Program-made: the position numbers and the translations under genes
Assembly (NCBI GenBank): GCA_964641225.1
Contig: CAZXKC010000004.1
Span: 29,026-93,025 of the forward strand
Direction: 5' to 3'
Origin: an uncultured Candidatus Saccharibacteria bacterium
Lineage (GTDB): Bacteria > Patescibacteriota > Minisyncoccia > UBA6257 > 1-14-0-10-44-23
DNA length: 64,000 nucleotides
Shown here: one piece after another, positions 18,433 through 27,657 of the stretch
Layout of the letters: each line of letters begins with the position of its first letter
Numbering within the stretch: the first letter of the stretch is position 1
Notes under the pieces: model-generated
Database searches by the model: none
What the model saw: the letters and a program-made list of their open reading frames with translations, nothing else
Told to the model about the DNA's origin: nothing

Positions 18433-19353
18433 CTAAAGCGTGAACTCCTGCTCGCCCGTCGGAACTTCAGTAAAAGAAAGCTTACCTGCTACAGGGGCGG
18501 ATGGAGTTGCGGCGGGATGTGGAGCCGGCACAGACTTCACGCGCTCTAAAATTGTGTACAATTCTTCAGGGGTTGAAAATGCAATCGTGATTTTGCCCAC
18601 GCTACCGTCCTTGGTAACTTGCACAATAGTGCCGAGCGCCTCTTCGAGCTGCTGCTTGATTGAAATAGCCTCGGCATCCACCTCACCGACTGTTCCCGCA
18701 GCAGAAACGGGTGGCGCCTTCATGTAGGCAACCTTGTTACGAATCTCACGAACCGAAAGACCACGAGCAATAATATCGTCAAAAAGAGCTTGTTGTTGCT
18801 TAGGATCATCGAGCGAGAGAATTAAACGCGCCTGGCTTTCACCTATCTTCCCCATCGCGATCGCGTCTTGAACAATCGTCGGTAAATTCAAAAGACGCAT
18901 CGTATTGGCAACCACCTCGCGACTCTTACCGATACGCTGAGCGATCTCACGCTGAGTTAAACGAAACTCGTCTTGCAGTCGAGCATAGGCACGCGCAGCT
19001 TCAATTGGGTTGAGATTTGCTCGCTGCACGTTTTCAACGATAGCCAGCTCCAGCTTTTCTTTATCAAGTCCAACATTCTTAATTACGGCTGGCACGCGCT
19101 CTAAGCCCACTAACTGTGCGGCGCGAAAACGGCGCTCACCGGCGATAAGTTGATAATGGACCGTTGCTCCGTCTGGCGTTATCTCTTCAACTTTAGAAAC
19201 TACGAGCGGCTGTAAAATGCCGTATTCTCGAATTGAGTTTGCTAGCTCTTTGAGTTGCTCTTCATCAAAAAATCGCCGTGGTTGAAACGGGTTCGGTTCT
19301 ATTTTGTGAACTTCAATTAAAAAAACGTGTTCTTGAATTTGCGGGTCGGGCAT
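18433..19353 (-). CDS. parB: ParB/Spo0J partition protein
   Basis: NPFQPRR, GILQPLVV, LIAGERRFRAA, ENVQRANL and an HTH. Confidence 0.95.
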   Translation of the reverse strand: MPDPQIQEHVFLIEVHKIEPNPFQPRRFFDEEQLKELANSIREYGILQPLVVSKVEEITPDGATVHYQLIAGERRFRAAQLVGLERVPAVIKNVGLDKEKLELAIVENVQRANLNPIEAARAYARLQDEFRLTQREIAQRIGKSREVVANTMRLLNLPTIVQDAIAMGKIGESQARLILSLDDPKQQQALFDDIIARGLSVREIRNKVAYMKAPPVSAAGTVGEVDAEAISIKQQLEEALGTIVQVTKDGSVGKITIAFSTPEELYTILERVKSVPAPHPAATPSAPVAGKLSFTEVPTGEQEFTL

Positions 19354-19417
19354 ATGCGTGCGTTAATTATAAAACGAATCTTGAAATAAGCCAACAGAAA
19401 CGGTAGAATGCTTTTAT

Positions 19418-19503
19418 GCTCGGGTGGCGGAATGGCAGACGCTGACGACTCAAAATCGTCCGATCGCAAGGTCATGTGGGTTCGACTCCCACCCCGAGCA
19501 CCA
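19418..19503 (+). tRNA. tRNA-Leu(CAA)
   Basis: GCTCGGG...CCCGAGC-A-CCA, anticodon arm GACGA-CTCAAAA-TCGTC. Confidence 0.95.
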
Positions 19504-19647
19504 AACAAAAATGGCGGGCTTTACGCCGCCATTAACACTACGGGGGCCGACGATCTTCGTCTGGCCCCCTCCCCGCTGCGTTACGCTTATTTGCGTCACA
19601 ACTGGTGACTTAAGCGCTTCGCTTCCCACCTACTACCCTGCTAGAAC

Positions 19648-20481
19648 CTAGAGCGAATTGATCATCTCCGATTCGACCTGAGCGCCCTTGATCAGGCCGT
19701 TTTCGATTGCTGCTTCAATACATTCCTGAGACTCCGATCCGGCGTAGTAGAGCATTCCAAGCTCGACGCCCTCCTGAGCCTTCTTGTTGTGGTCGGGTTC
19801 GCTGAGATTGTGCGCCCCGACGTAAGCATCGCCGGTAACAGATGCATATCCTGCAAACGGCATCTTCACCTCATGAACCTGTGACCGCAGGTCGTTGTCT
19901 TCATTGATGAGCACCTTCCACCACTTCGGAAAGGCACCGGCTGCAGCATGTTCGCCGCCCTGATGTGCGGCGATCGCCGAGAGCATCTCCAGACCGGTGA
20001 GTTGCTTGCCGACACCGTAGGCCTCACGGATTCCCGCGTGTGCCTTGAGGTCTGCACTGGTCAACGCAATCCTGTTGAGTGTTGTCGGATCCACCTTGAG
20101 CACCTTGCACCATGAGCGCAGCAGGACCTGTGCCAGAGTGCGATGCGACGGACTCTTACCGCCACTGCCACCGAAATCGTCATTGGTTGCAGCATTGAGT
20201 CGCACCACGATCTCAGAGCTACGATCACGCGTCCAGATGCAGGCGTCGTTCTTGTCCATGAACAAATTCGACGCTGCGATCTGACCCATCAGATGCAGCG
20301 GGCAGTGCATCGCCACGCGACTGTACTCGATGTAGCGAAGCATGAACTCGAGTACCGGCTCCCACGAAGCCTCGCTCCGGCCCAGGCGCACAGCACGCTT
20401 CCACGCACGTACGAACGCGTCACTTGCGTCGTAGCGAGCCAGAAGACTATCAAGATGAGCACGAAAACGATCGGTCATCAT
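19648..20481 (-). CDS. Putative heme-oxygenase-like (PqqC/CADD-type) diiron enzyme
   Basis: DD...SH, HQGGE and HxxxExxH (HNLSEPDH) spacing; AAGGAG SD before ATG at 20481. Confidence 0.5.
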   Translation of the reverse strand: MMTDRFRAHLDSLLARYDASDAFVRAWKRAVRLGRSEASWEPVLEFMLRYIEYSRVAMHCPLHLMGQIAASNLFMDKNDACIWTRDRSSEIVVRLNAATNDDFGGSGGKSPSHRTLAQVLLRSWCKVLKVDPTTLNRIALTSADLKAHAGIREAYGVGKQLTGLEMLSAIAAHQGGEHAAAGAFPKWWKVLINEDNDLRSQVHEVKMPFAGYASVTGDAYVGAHNLSEPDHNKKAQEGVELGMLYYAGSESQECIEAAIENGLIKGAQVESEMINSL

Positions 20482-20689
20482 CAGCTGTCTCCTTCCGTTT
20501 TCACGGTTCCCAAGACTATTAGCATAGCCCCCTTCCACAAGGAGCTGGACTATAAGACGTTCAGCTCTCAAAAACCATTACAACTCATCCACACCTTGCA
20601 CCGCCACAAGCTTTTTGGTAAAATACGCTTAGCGACGTAATCGCTGAGCACCTCCTTTGGGAGGCGCTTATATTTTTTATTTCATCTCT

Positions 20690-21058
20690 ATGGACTCAAC
20701 AGGAAAAAGTGTCAAAATTGTTGCATTATATGTCTTCCCGGCCATCATTCTTATCTTGATGACGGTTATTTTTATCGTCCCCGTTCCAAAGCGCACGGGA
20801 ACACTTGAAGGGCGCCTGGTCCTAAGCAGCGGCGAAACCCCTATCACCCGAACAATTGTTGTATACGAAAAAGGCTCAAGCGTAATCATTGCTAATATAC
20901 ATCCGGATGCTACTGGCTCATATTCCGTTACGCTACCGGTCAACACCTACGTTGTTGATTTGGCAAAAAACAAAACTGACCGATCAACAGATGTACCAAA
21001 AGTGATCCACATCGATCACGATGTGGTTACCCGTGTTGATATTGCCGTTACGCCCTAA
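20690..21058 (+). CDS. Membrane-anchored protein with carboxypeptidase regulatory-like domain
   Basis: TM helix, then GTLEG...DATGSYSVTLP..TY. Confidence 0.6.
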   Translation: MDSTGKSVKIVALYVFPAIILILMTVIFIVPVPKRTGTLEGRLVLSSGETPITRTIVVYEKGSSVIIANIHPDATGSYSVTLPVNTYVVDLAKNKTDRSTDVPKVIHIDHDVVTRVDIAVTP

Positions 21059-21112
21059 AAACGGTAGGATACTGTAATTGGACTGCATCAGCTCCTGCGC
21101 TGATCGTCCGAA

Positions 21113-21197
21113 GGAGGGGTGGCAGAGTGGTCTAATGCACCGCACTTGAAATGCGGCGTGCCGCAAGGCACCGTGAGTTCGAATCTCACCTCCTCCG
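21113..21197 (+). tRNA. tRNA-Ser(TGA); integration target
   Basis: GGAGGGG...CTCCTCC-G, anticodon arm CCGCA-CTTGAAA-TGCGG, long variable arm. Confidence 0.95.
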
Positions 21198-22790
21198 CAA
21201 GTTGAGATTCTTGTCATACCGAGCCTCCAAAGACCCCGTTCCGACGCGGGTTCTTGGAGGTTCGAATGAAGACTTGGTCTCTGGAACAGCAGCCGTGTAT
21301 TTTCTGATAAGAAACGCCGTGTTGCCGTTATCCCACTTCACTTTTTTGTCTAAGAGGCGGAGGTTCGAATCCTGCCCGAGGGCAGCGACAAATTCCCGTC
21401 GTTTTTCTGGCGTAGCCTTATCCCAGCGTTTAGCGACCTCAGTAGCGAAGACAAATCCTTCTTCGGCTTTATTAACCCAGTTCACCACCTCTGCGTTAAC
21501 CTCGTTAGCAACTTGATTAAGCCTAGCCTGGTCTTTAAGAAGCTCCTTTTTACGCTCCGCAAACTGCTTAGCATCAATCTCCTCATCAGCACGCATATCA
21601 ATGAGACGTTTGAGCCTCTGAGCACAGGCATCGTCGGCCCTACGCTGGGCGGTCAAGATTGCTTCCCGCTCACGGAATTGGTTCTCGTTTTCCTTTCTTA
21701 GTTTTGCCAAAGCCCAATCCCGGAAACGCGGAGAGATATCCATACCCTCAACAACCTCCTCGATCTGTTTTTCTAGAGCCTTCTCTTCCACGAGAGGCTG
21801 CGCACAGCGAGGTTTCAGCTGTTTAGTACAGTGATAATAGATATAGGTATGGACATTGCCGTTTTTCTGTCGTTTTATACGTTCCTCGGCAGTTATAGCT
21901 GCGCCACACGCCCCGCACCGAAGTATGCCGACATATTTAAACCAGCGTCGTTCCTGGGGCCGAGGCATACCTTTGCGGCCCAACAATTTTTGGACGCGAT
22001 CAAACTCTTCGAGGGTAACCATTGGCTTGTGATTTCCTTTATATAGCTTCCTGTTTTCTTCATTTCCATATTCAAACCACCCGTAGTAGAAGGGATTGTT
22101 AAAGAGATGGTAAATAGCTGCCCGAGAGATTGGATTACCACCACCGTTTCTTCGTAGAGGTGTTCGTAGGCCCCAATCCTTCGTAGCGATGTCGAGTACC
22201 TGCGGAGCGGTATAAGCACCAGTCAGCATGAGGTCCCATGCCTTGCGAACTAACGGGAAGATTTCCTCATCAACGAGAATCGTATTTGAACCCTTATCGC
22301 GCAGCCTGCTATTTTTATAGCCGATCGGAGCTGGCCCAGGACGCCAACCCATTCCGACCTTAGTATTCTGTCCGCGTTTTACGTTGGTGCTGAGGTCATC
22401 TACATATTTCTTGGCAATACCGAAGTCCAAGCTCATCATGAACTTGTCATCACCGTTGTTTCGGAAAACTTTCTCAGGTGTACGGATTTCCGTAATGAGG
22501 CCGCGATCCATAAACCAAGAAATTTTTCCACCATCCAACGCATTGCGTGCCAAACGGTCGAGCTTCCAAACTAGAAGTGCGCAACTTTTTTCTTTTTCGA
22601 GATAAGTGAGCATCTCTTCAAAGTGCGGGCGGCCCGGAGACTTGGCCGACTTGCTCTCCTTGAAGGTTGCACAAATCGTGAGCTTCTCGCGCCGCGCATA
22701 ACTCTTAAGTACCTCCTCTTGGGAATCTATCGAGAGAGCCTGCTTATCGTCTGATTCGGAACTTTTGCGGCAGTAGACAACGTACTTCAT
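21186..22790 (-). CDS. Large serine recombinase (integrase); 3' end overlaps tRNA-Ser
   Basis: YCRKSS catalytic Ser, DRLARN, recombinase domain, CxxC zinc ribbon, coiled coil; last codons and stop come from the tRNA antisense strand. Confidence 0.93.
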   Translation of the reverse strand: MKYVVYCRKSSESDDKQALSIDSQEEVLKSYARREKLTICATFKESKSAKSPGRPHFEEMLTYLEKEKSCALLVWKLDRLARNALDGGKISWFMDRGLITEIRTPEKVFRNNGDDKFMMSLDFGIAKKYVDDLSTNVKRGQNTKVGMGWRPGPAPIGYKNSRLRDKGSNTILVDEEIFPLVRKAWDLMLTGAYTAPQVLDIATKDWGLRTPLRRNGGGNPISRAAIYHLFNNPFYYGWFEYGNEENRKLYKGNHKPMVTLEEFDRVQKLLGRKGMPRPQERRWFKYVGILRCGACGAAITAEERIKRQKNGNVHTYIYYHCTKQLKPRCAQPLVEEKALEKQIEEVVEGMDISPRFRDWALAKLRKENENQFREREAILTAQRRADDACAQRLKRLIDMRADEEIDAKQFAERKKELLKDQARLNQVANEVNAEVVNWVNKAEEGFVFATEVAKRWDKATPEKRREFVAALGQDSNLRLLDKKVKWDNGNTAFLIRKYTAAVPETKSSFEPPRTRVGTGSLEARYDKNLNLRRR

Positions 22791-22972
22791 AGGGAATATT
22801 TTAATTTAACCATGCGAATTATATTTGAGACAATATCCGGTTTTCATATAGCTTCTGAGGGTCAGCGACCTACATCTTCTACATCACCCCAGACTCTCCG
22901 CGCAAACAAAGAAGCGCTGGGGTGTAGCCGCTCATAAACTAATCTACAACGTGCAGGCCTCTATATACACGC

Positions 22973-24409
22973 TCAGATTCCCAAGCTCCCGTCTACATTG
23001 CCAGGAGTGGCCGTCCTTTCTGGGTCAGGAGCTTCAGGTGTAGATGGTGTAGAGAAATAAGTGTCCCGGACAAGTTCTACCTTTGCCTTTTCGAAAAGAT
23101 ACCAATTTCCCTCCCCCTTTCGTTTCTTCTCGCTGTGCATGTTGTAATTTTTAATGCTCCACCCAACCCTGGCTGCTATCTGGTTTGAGCTCATTTTCCG
23201 ATCGAATAAATTTACGTCTAGAGCCTCAGCTATAAGTCTCGGTGAGAGCAATATCTGGGTTATGCCATCTTTGAACTGCTCAAGGATGTACGCCAAGACA
23301 GCATGGTCTAGCTCAGATGGCTCAGACTCAGCAAAGTCATACCGTGACAAGAAGCGCTTCCTTGCCTCTGGTATTTCTTCGGCTACGTTCATGGCACGGA
23401 ACATAACTTCAAAGGGCAACCATAATTCGAGTGTTCGTCCTGATATCTCTTTTTTTGCCCTATGCTCGACTTTGAGGATTGAGTAATCTATGGCTACCGA
23501 AGAGCCATGACCAATAAGGAACTTATAAAGTTTTCCCCTTAGGCCGCCCCAGATATCACTCTCCTCATCTGGGTCAAAAAAATTTTTGTGGCTCCGTAGT
23601 AGAGGAATAATCAGGCACCTATCGCGTAAGTCCTCTGGAAGGTCCTGTATCGAAGCGAATACCTTAGGCCCATAAGTGCTGTGTTCGACAATGCTCCTTT
23701 GCTTCTCTTTATCGAGCTGAATAATTCTTCGCTTACCGCCGCTACCCTTATAAGAATCAGCAAATATATCAAGCAGTTCTTCGCCACCCTTGCGCTTCAA
23801 CCCATCTGCTTGATCGACCAAGAACGTTCCTCTTAATGCATCCACCGTATCTCCAAGGGCCGCAACACTAGGCCGGCTCTTAACTGCGTTGAAGCAGAGT
23901 TGCTTCAGAAGATTCAGAAACTGGCTTTTGCCAGAGTGCTTCGGAGCCTTAACGTTTAAGAACGGATACGCCGAAAAGATAGGGTGGAAATATGTTCCCA
24001 CTATCCAAGCTGCTGCTAGTGAATAATCAACCTCCTTTTCTAGGCCGACATAGTCTTTAATCGTCTTTTTGATTTCCTCGAAAAGCTCCTTTGGCTCAGG
24101 GATGACATTTAAGCGGACGTCTGCGTATTCAGCTATGAACTGATTGAGGTCTTTGATGCTCCAGCGCTCCTGAAGCCAGATAAGCCGTCGACCCTTCTTC
24201 TCGATGAAGTATTCCTTGTCTTCGATAACCAAAGAATCTTCTGTAGCGAAGCGAATCGTTCCTTTCCATACTAGTAGAATTAAATCCTCAACCTTTCGTA
24301 ACTTTGAGTGGTAACGGAAACCTAGAACCAAAACACCGTCTTTTATATCAAGCGAAGGGTGGAGCGTTATTCCAGCGAATCCCTCAATGATATTTTTGTT
24401 TTCATCCAT
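22973..24409 (-). CDS. Putative replication P-loop protein (DUF3631/primase-helicase-like)
   Basis: AWIVGTY..P.F..YPFL..APKHSGKS Walker A, DQAD, TYGPKVFA and LRDRC motifs. Confidence 0.65.
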   Translation of the reverse strand: MDENKNIIEGFAGITLHPSLDIKDGVLVLGFRYHSKLRKVEDLILLVWKGTIRFATEDSLVIEDKEYFIEKKGRRLIWLQERWSIKDLNQFIAEYADVRLNVIPEPKELFEEIKKTIKDYVGLEKEVDYSLAAAWIVGTYFHPIFSAYPFLNVKAPKHSGKSQFLNLLKQLCFNAVKSRPSVAALGDTVDALRGTFLVDQADGLKRKGGEELLDIFADSYKGSGGKRRIIQLDKEKQRSIVEHSTYGPKVFASIQDLPEDLRDRCLIIPLLRSHKNFFDPDEESDIWGGLRGKLYKFLIGHGSSVAIDYSILKVEHRAKKEISGRTLELWLPFEVMFRAMNVAEEIPEARKRFLSRYDFAESEPSELDHAVLAYILEQFKDGITQILLSPRLIAEALDVNLFDRKMSSNQIAARVGWSIKNYNMHSEKKRKGEGNWYLFEKAKVELVRDTYFSTPSTPEAPDPERTATPGNVDGSLGI

Positions 24410-24421
24410 AATGATGGTTAA

Positions 24422-24598
24422 TTAATTATTTTCATCAGCGCCAAGCCCGTCGACCTCGGGCATTGGATCGATAGCAAATTTTATGAGAGCAAGAAGCCTG
24501 CACGCTTCTTTGGCGGCGTGTTCATCAGTAAGCTCTACGCCTGTCTCGGCGAGATATAGCTGCTTAAAATTTTGGATTTCCTCTGTCGATAACTGCAT
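24422..24598 (-). CDS. Small hypothetical protein (58 aa)
   Basis: MQLSTEEIQNFKQLYLAETGVELTDEHA..., below the ORF track cutoff, directly upstream of the P-loop gene. Confidence 0.6.
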   Translation of the reverse strand: MQLSTEEIQNFKQLYLAETGVELTDEHAAKEACRLLALIKFAIDPMPEVDGLGADENN

Positions 24599-24728
24599 TC
24601 ACTGACCTTATCGTTCAGACCTATATGCCTGACATCCGTTTCTTGTATGCCTGCAAACTAAAAAAGCCGCTTATTCGCGGCACATTTATTGAGGTTATTA
24701 ACAGGACAAGAGGCAGACTAAAAGAATC

Positions 24729-25442
24729 CTAGCTACTGAGTAGTATTTTGAATCCCGGATTAATCCCGTAGCCGCTGCCTCGTTTGCTCACAATTAATTT
24801 ATCCTTAACGCCTAGGTACTTTTTAAAATTCCTATTAATTTTTTGGATTTCTGCGCGTATCGTCTTTAGATTATCCTTGTTTAGAGCGGAAGCAATATCA
24901 CCCGTTAATTTAAATTCGGAGCCAACCTTAAGAAATTTAACAATTTTAAGGCGGTCAGATTTTTGACCCATTGGATAAGAATATTTATCCTTTGATTCAC
25001 GCCACAAATTGCCAAGCTTATCGATGGAAATAATTTCTCTCTTTTTCTTCAGGTTATTATTTTCTGCCTGCAGCAACTCAGATTGGTCGGAATACTTTTG
25101 ATAAAGCTTATCGAACTTTCCGTGGTTCACTACTATCAGGCAAACCCTACCACTTGCTGGCCGAGAAAAATCATTTGGTAGTCCTATGGTGACATAGTGT
25201 TCAGCAAGGTTCATCGAAAGATGTATTACACCCATTTCACTAAGCCAGAGAAGAATCCTCCGGCGCATTATGGGATGGGGCGCAGAAGGAAGATTGGTGC
25301 CGATGTCATCGAAAGGGGCGTTGTAGTCCGTCATTATGATGCCCTTATTTGGCTTAAAAGAGGCAGCAATTTTAATTGCCGTCATAACCCACGCGGTGGC
25401 CCCTTCCCGATAATGCTCGGCGTTAGTAGTGTCCATATACAC
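24729..25442 (-). CDS. Hypothetical protein with C-terminal winged-helix (OmpR-like) domain
   Basis: IRAEIQKINRNF...LIVSKRGSGYGIN. Confidence 0.55.
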   Translation of the reverse strand: MYMDTTNAEHYREGATAWVMTAIKIAASFKPNKGIIMTDYNAPFDDIGTNLPSAPHPIMRRRILLWLSEMGVIHLSMNLAEHYVTIGLPNDFSRPASGRVCLIVVNHGKFDKLYQKYSDQSELLQAENNNLKKKREIISIDKLGNLWRESKDKYSYPMGQKSDRLKIVKFLKVGSEFKLTGDIASALNKDNLKTIRAEIQKINRNFKKYLGVKDKLIVSKRGSGYGINPGFKILLSS

Positions 25443-25550
25443 TCTTTATGGACGAGTTGACAGGGTTATGTCAATAGACTCCATATCTTACTTCCAAGCT
25501 AACTCAAGAGGTGATAAAATGTGCTTACAATTTAATACGCCGCAAGGCAG

Positions 25551-25694
25551 AGCCTAAACCGCCAAGAAATTGACGGCATGGCTCCGAAGTCCAATAACGA
25601 CCATTAAGCTCCTAGTCAGAGCGTCGTTATTGGCTATCCAGGGAAACTTGGGTAGGTCCCGTAAGGGATCGCTGGCTGGGAGCTTTGTGTTTCT
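25551..25694 (+). ncRNA. Unidentified structured RNA motif, copy 1
   Basis: Four hairpins plus a 14-bp long-range pairing; stems covary with the copy at 33031-33179. Confidence 0.7.
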
Positions 25695-25718
25695 CAGCCC
25701 AAATAAAATTAATAAACT

Positions 25719-26156
25719 ATGCCCAAGACTGAACCAGAAAATCAGGGCGATGGGGAAATTCAATGGGTTGAGGCTGGTCTGATAAAGCCAGAGGGAGAAA
25801 TTAAGCATCCTGTATTACCAGTTGATCTGGTTACAAGGATAGAACGATTCGTAAAAGTATTTGGCGAAACATATCCGCTCTCGCTTGAAAGGACAATTTA
25901 TAATTTCAAACGGGAAGCTCATCCCGGCAGCGAAGTGGAAAGATGGGAAGCGATGGCGGAGGTTTATAGAGATTACCTTGTGAAAACTGAAGGTCTCTCT
26001 GCTGACCAGAAAAAGGAACTACTTTCGATATTGCTTTTTAGTGCAAGCGCGGCCAACAGACCGGGTGGATTTAGGTATTTCGATAAGCCAGCAATTCTGA
26101 GAATCACGAAAGAGCTGGAGAGGGCCTATGCAGTAATCCAATCAAGTAGAACTTAA
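25719..26156 (+). CDS. Hypothetical protein
   Basis: 145-aa ORF, first gene after the RNA motif. Confidence 0.65.
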   Translation: MPKTEPENQGDGEIQWVEAGLIKPEGEIKHPVLPVDLVTRIERFVKVFGETYPLSLERTIYNFKREAHPGSEVERWEAMAEVYRDYLVKTEGLSADQKKELLSILLFSASAANRPGGFRYFDKPAILRITKELERAYAVIQSSRT

Positions 26157-26170
26157 AAACTAATCACTAT

Positions 26171-26362
26171 ATGAACATCTTACTGATAGCGATAGTAGTA
26201 CTCCTGATAGTTATAGCCACGGCAGCAGTTATTAGTGCACTTAGCCAATCGAGCTTCGAACTAAAAGAAGTCTGGGTTATATTTTTGTGGGTAGTCGTTG
26301 GGGCGGCCGCAGTGACTGGAATAACTTACTGGGCGCTGAACTTTTTTAATATAATTCATTAA
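26171..26362 (+). CDS. Small 2-TM membrane protein
   Basis: Two hydrophobic helices. Confidence 0.55.
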   Translation: MNILLIAIVVLLIVIATAAVISALSQSSFELKEVWVIFLWVVVGAAAVTGITYWALNFFNIIH

Positions 26363-26366
26363 TATC

Positions 26367-26615
26367 ATGAAAAGAATTATCTACGCGATTGTATGCGCCA
26401 CCATTATCATTTCCTCGTACTGGCTATGGCACGCGGATAGATTGCAGGTTGAAAATGCAGAATGGTGCCTTACGCAAGAGGTATATCAATACGAAGTTTG
26501 TGGAGCTAAGGCTGAGCGTGACATTCAGCGAACGGTTTATCTGAAGGTGCTGATGTTTTCGTTCCTGGTCTTCGGCTCAACCAGTTTAGTTCTTAAGGCC
26601 AGGAAAATTTCTTAG
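26367..26615 (+). CDS. Small 2-TM membrane protein
   Basis: Two hydrophobic helices flanking a two-Cys loop. Confidence 0.55.
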   Translation: MKRIIYAIVCATIIISSYWLWHADRLQVENAEWCLTQEVYQYEVCGAKAERDIQRTVYLKVLMFSFLVFGSTSLVLKARKIS

Positions 26616-26771
26616 AGGCCCGTCTTGGTATTTCCCTTGCCTCCGGAGCCGCTTTCGCTATTGGAAGGCCATAGCAGTAGCCTCAGTTATATCGAGATAC
26701 AAGAGAAGGGCAGGAAAAGCCCGGAACCCTTTATTTACGGGGCTAAACATAGTAGTCTCAAGCTAAGATAT

Positions 26772-27656
26772 ATGGTGATACCGGGCACAAAGGGCGTAGA
26801 TACCACAGGAGTCACGGCGGGCAACACCGGGAACGAATTGTTTTATTTTTGCATATCCGACACAGAGGATTCAGGCTACCTAGAGCGATTTATCGAACAA
26901 TTAGACGCCCACATACCGTCATTTGTTTTTTCAAAGGACACCCTTGCGAATTATGAGAGGCTTTTAGCAGAGGGAAAAACTTCAAAATCCCCACTGGAGC
27001 ATGCGCGACACCTTCTGCAAAAGACCAGGGCGGGCGGAACGGCCGGATCAGGAGAGCTAGGAGAACTACTGATGTTTCTTTTCGCTAAAAACGTAAAAGG
27101 TGCGAACAAGCTGGTTTCCAAAATTCAGAGCCGGACTAGCACTACGACAACCCAACAGGGGCGCGACGGCAGCTTTATATTGCAGGATGAGCGAGGGGAA
27201 ATTTATATGCTTCTAGGAGAGGCTAAGATGCACCAAGACTCCAATGACGGCTTGAGAGAGGCGCAAACAGATATGAATGCATTTTGGGGCGATCAGGAAC
27301 GTTTGAGCCACGAGATTCGCCTGGCTTCCAGCCACCTCCGCGATGAATTAACTCCCCAGAACACCGCGGCTTATGAAGCCTATTTCATCGACGATAATCC
27401 TAGGCATCAAGAATTGAAATATAAGAGTGTTGTTTTTGTGGGATTCAACTTTCCAGCGTTTTCTGCGCTGATTCAGAAAACAGCAGATTTCAACGCATTC
27501 AGTCAGGAAGTATTAGCCGACCTAAACCGATGTTTCAATAATCAGGCCGCACACATTACTGCTTCTCCGCACCCCAACATTTATTGCTTCGTACCCTTCG
27601 AATCAGTGGAAAGCGCACGGACAGCATTCGCTAGTCGCCACTCATTAACCCACTAA
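26772..27656 (+). CDS. hamA: Hachiman HamA-like nuclease (DUF1837)
   Basis: GELGELLMFL...GRDG...LGEAK PD-(D/E)xK pattern, directly upstream of an SF2 helicase; likely start ATG at 26772. Confidence 0.8.
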   Translation: MVIPGTKGVDTTGVTAGNTGNELFYFCISDTEDSGYLERFIEQLDAHIPSFVFSKDTLANYERLLAEGKTSKSPLEHARHLLQKTRAGGTAGSGELGELLMFLFAKNVKGANKLVSKIQSRTSTTTTQQGRDGSFILQDERGEIYMLLGEAKMHQDSNDGLREAQTDMNAFWGDQERLSHEIRLASSHLRDELTPQNTAAYEAYFIDDNPRHQELKYKSVVFVGFNFPAFSALIQKTADFNAFSQEVLADLNRCFNNQAAHITASPHPNIYCFVPFESVESARTAFASRHSLTH

Positions 27657-27657
27657 T

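Noticed and set aside
21355-21375. GGTTCGAATCC inside the integrase as a tRNA fragment or att site
   Set aside because: No flanking tRNA stems or CCGC junction logic; it lies within coding sequence (QDSNL).
25551-25694. RNA motif as a c-di-GMP-I riboswitch, twister or hammerhead ribozyme
   Set aside because: Shares only the tetraloop and receptor parts. The GCAAA..GACGCAAAGC core, twister core and CUGAUGA are absent by eye. An Rfam search is still needed.
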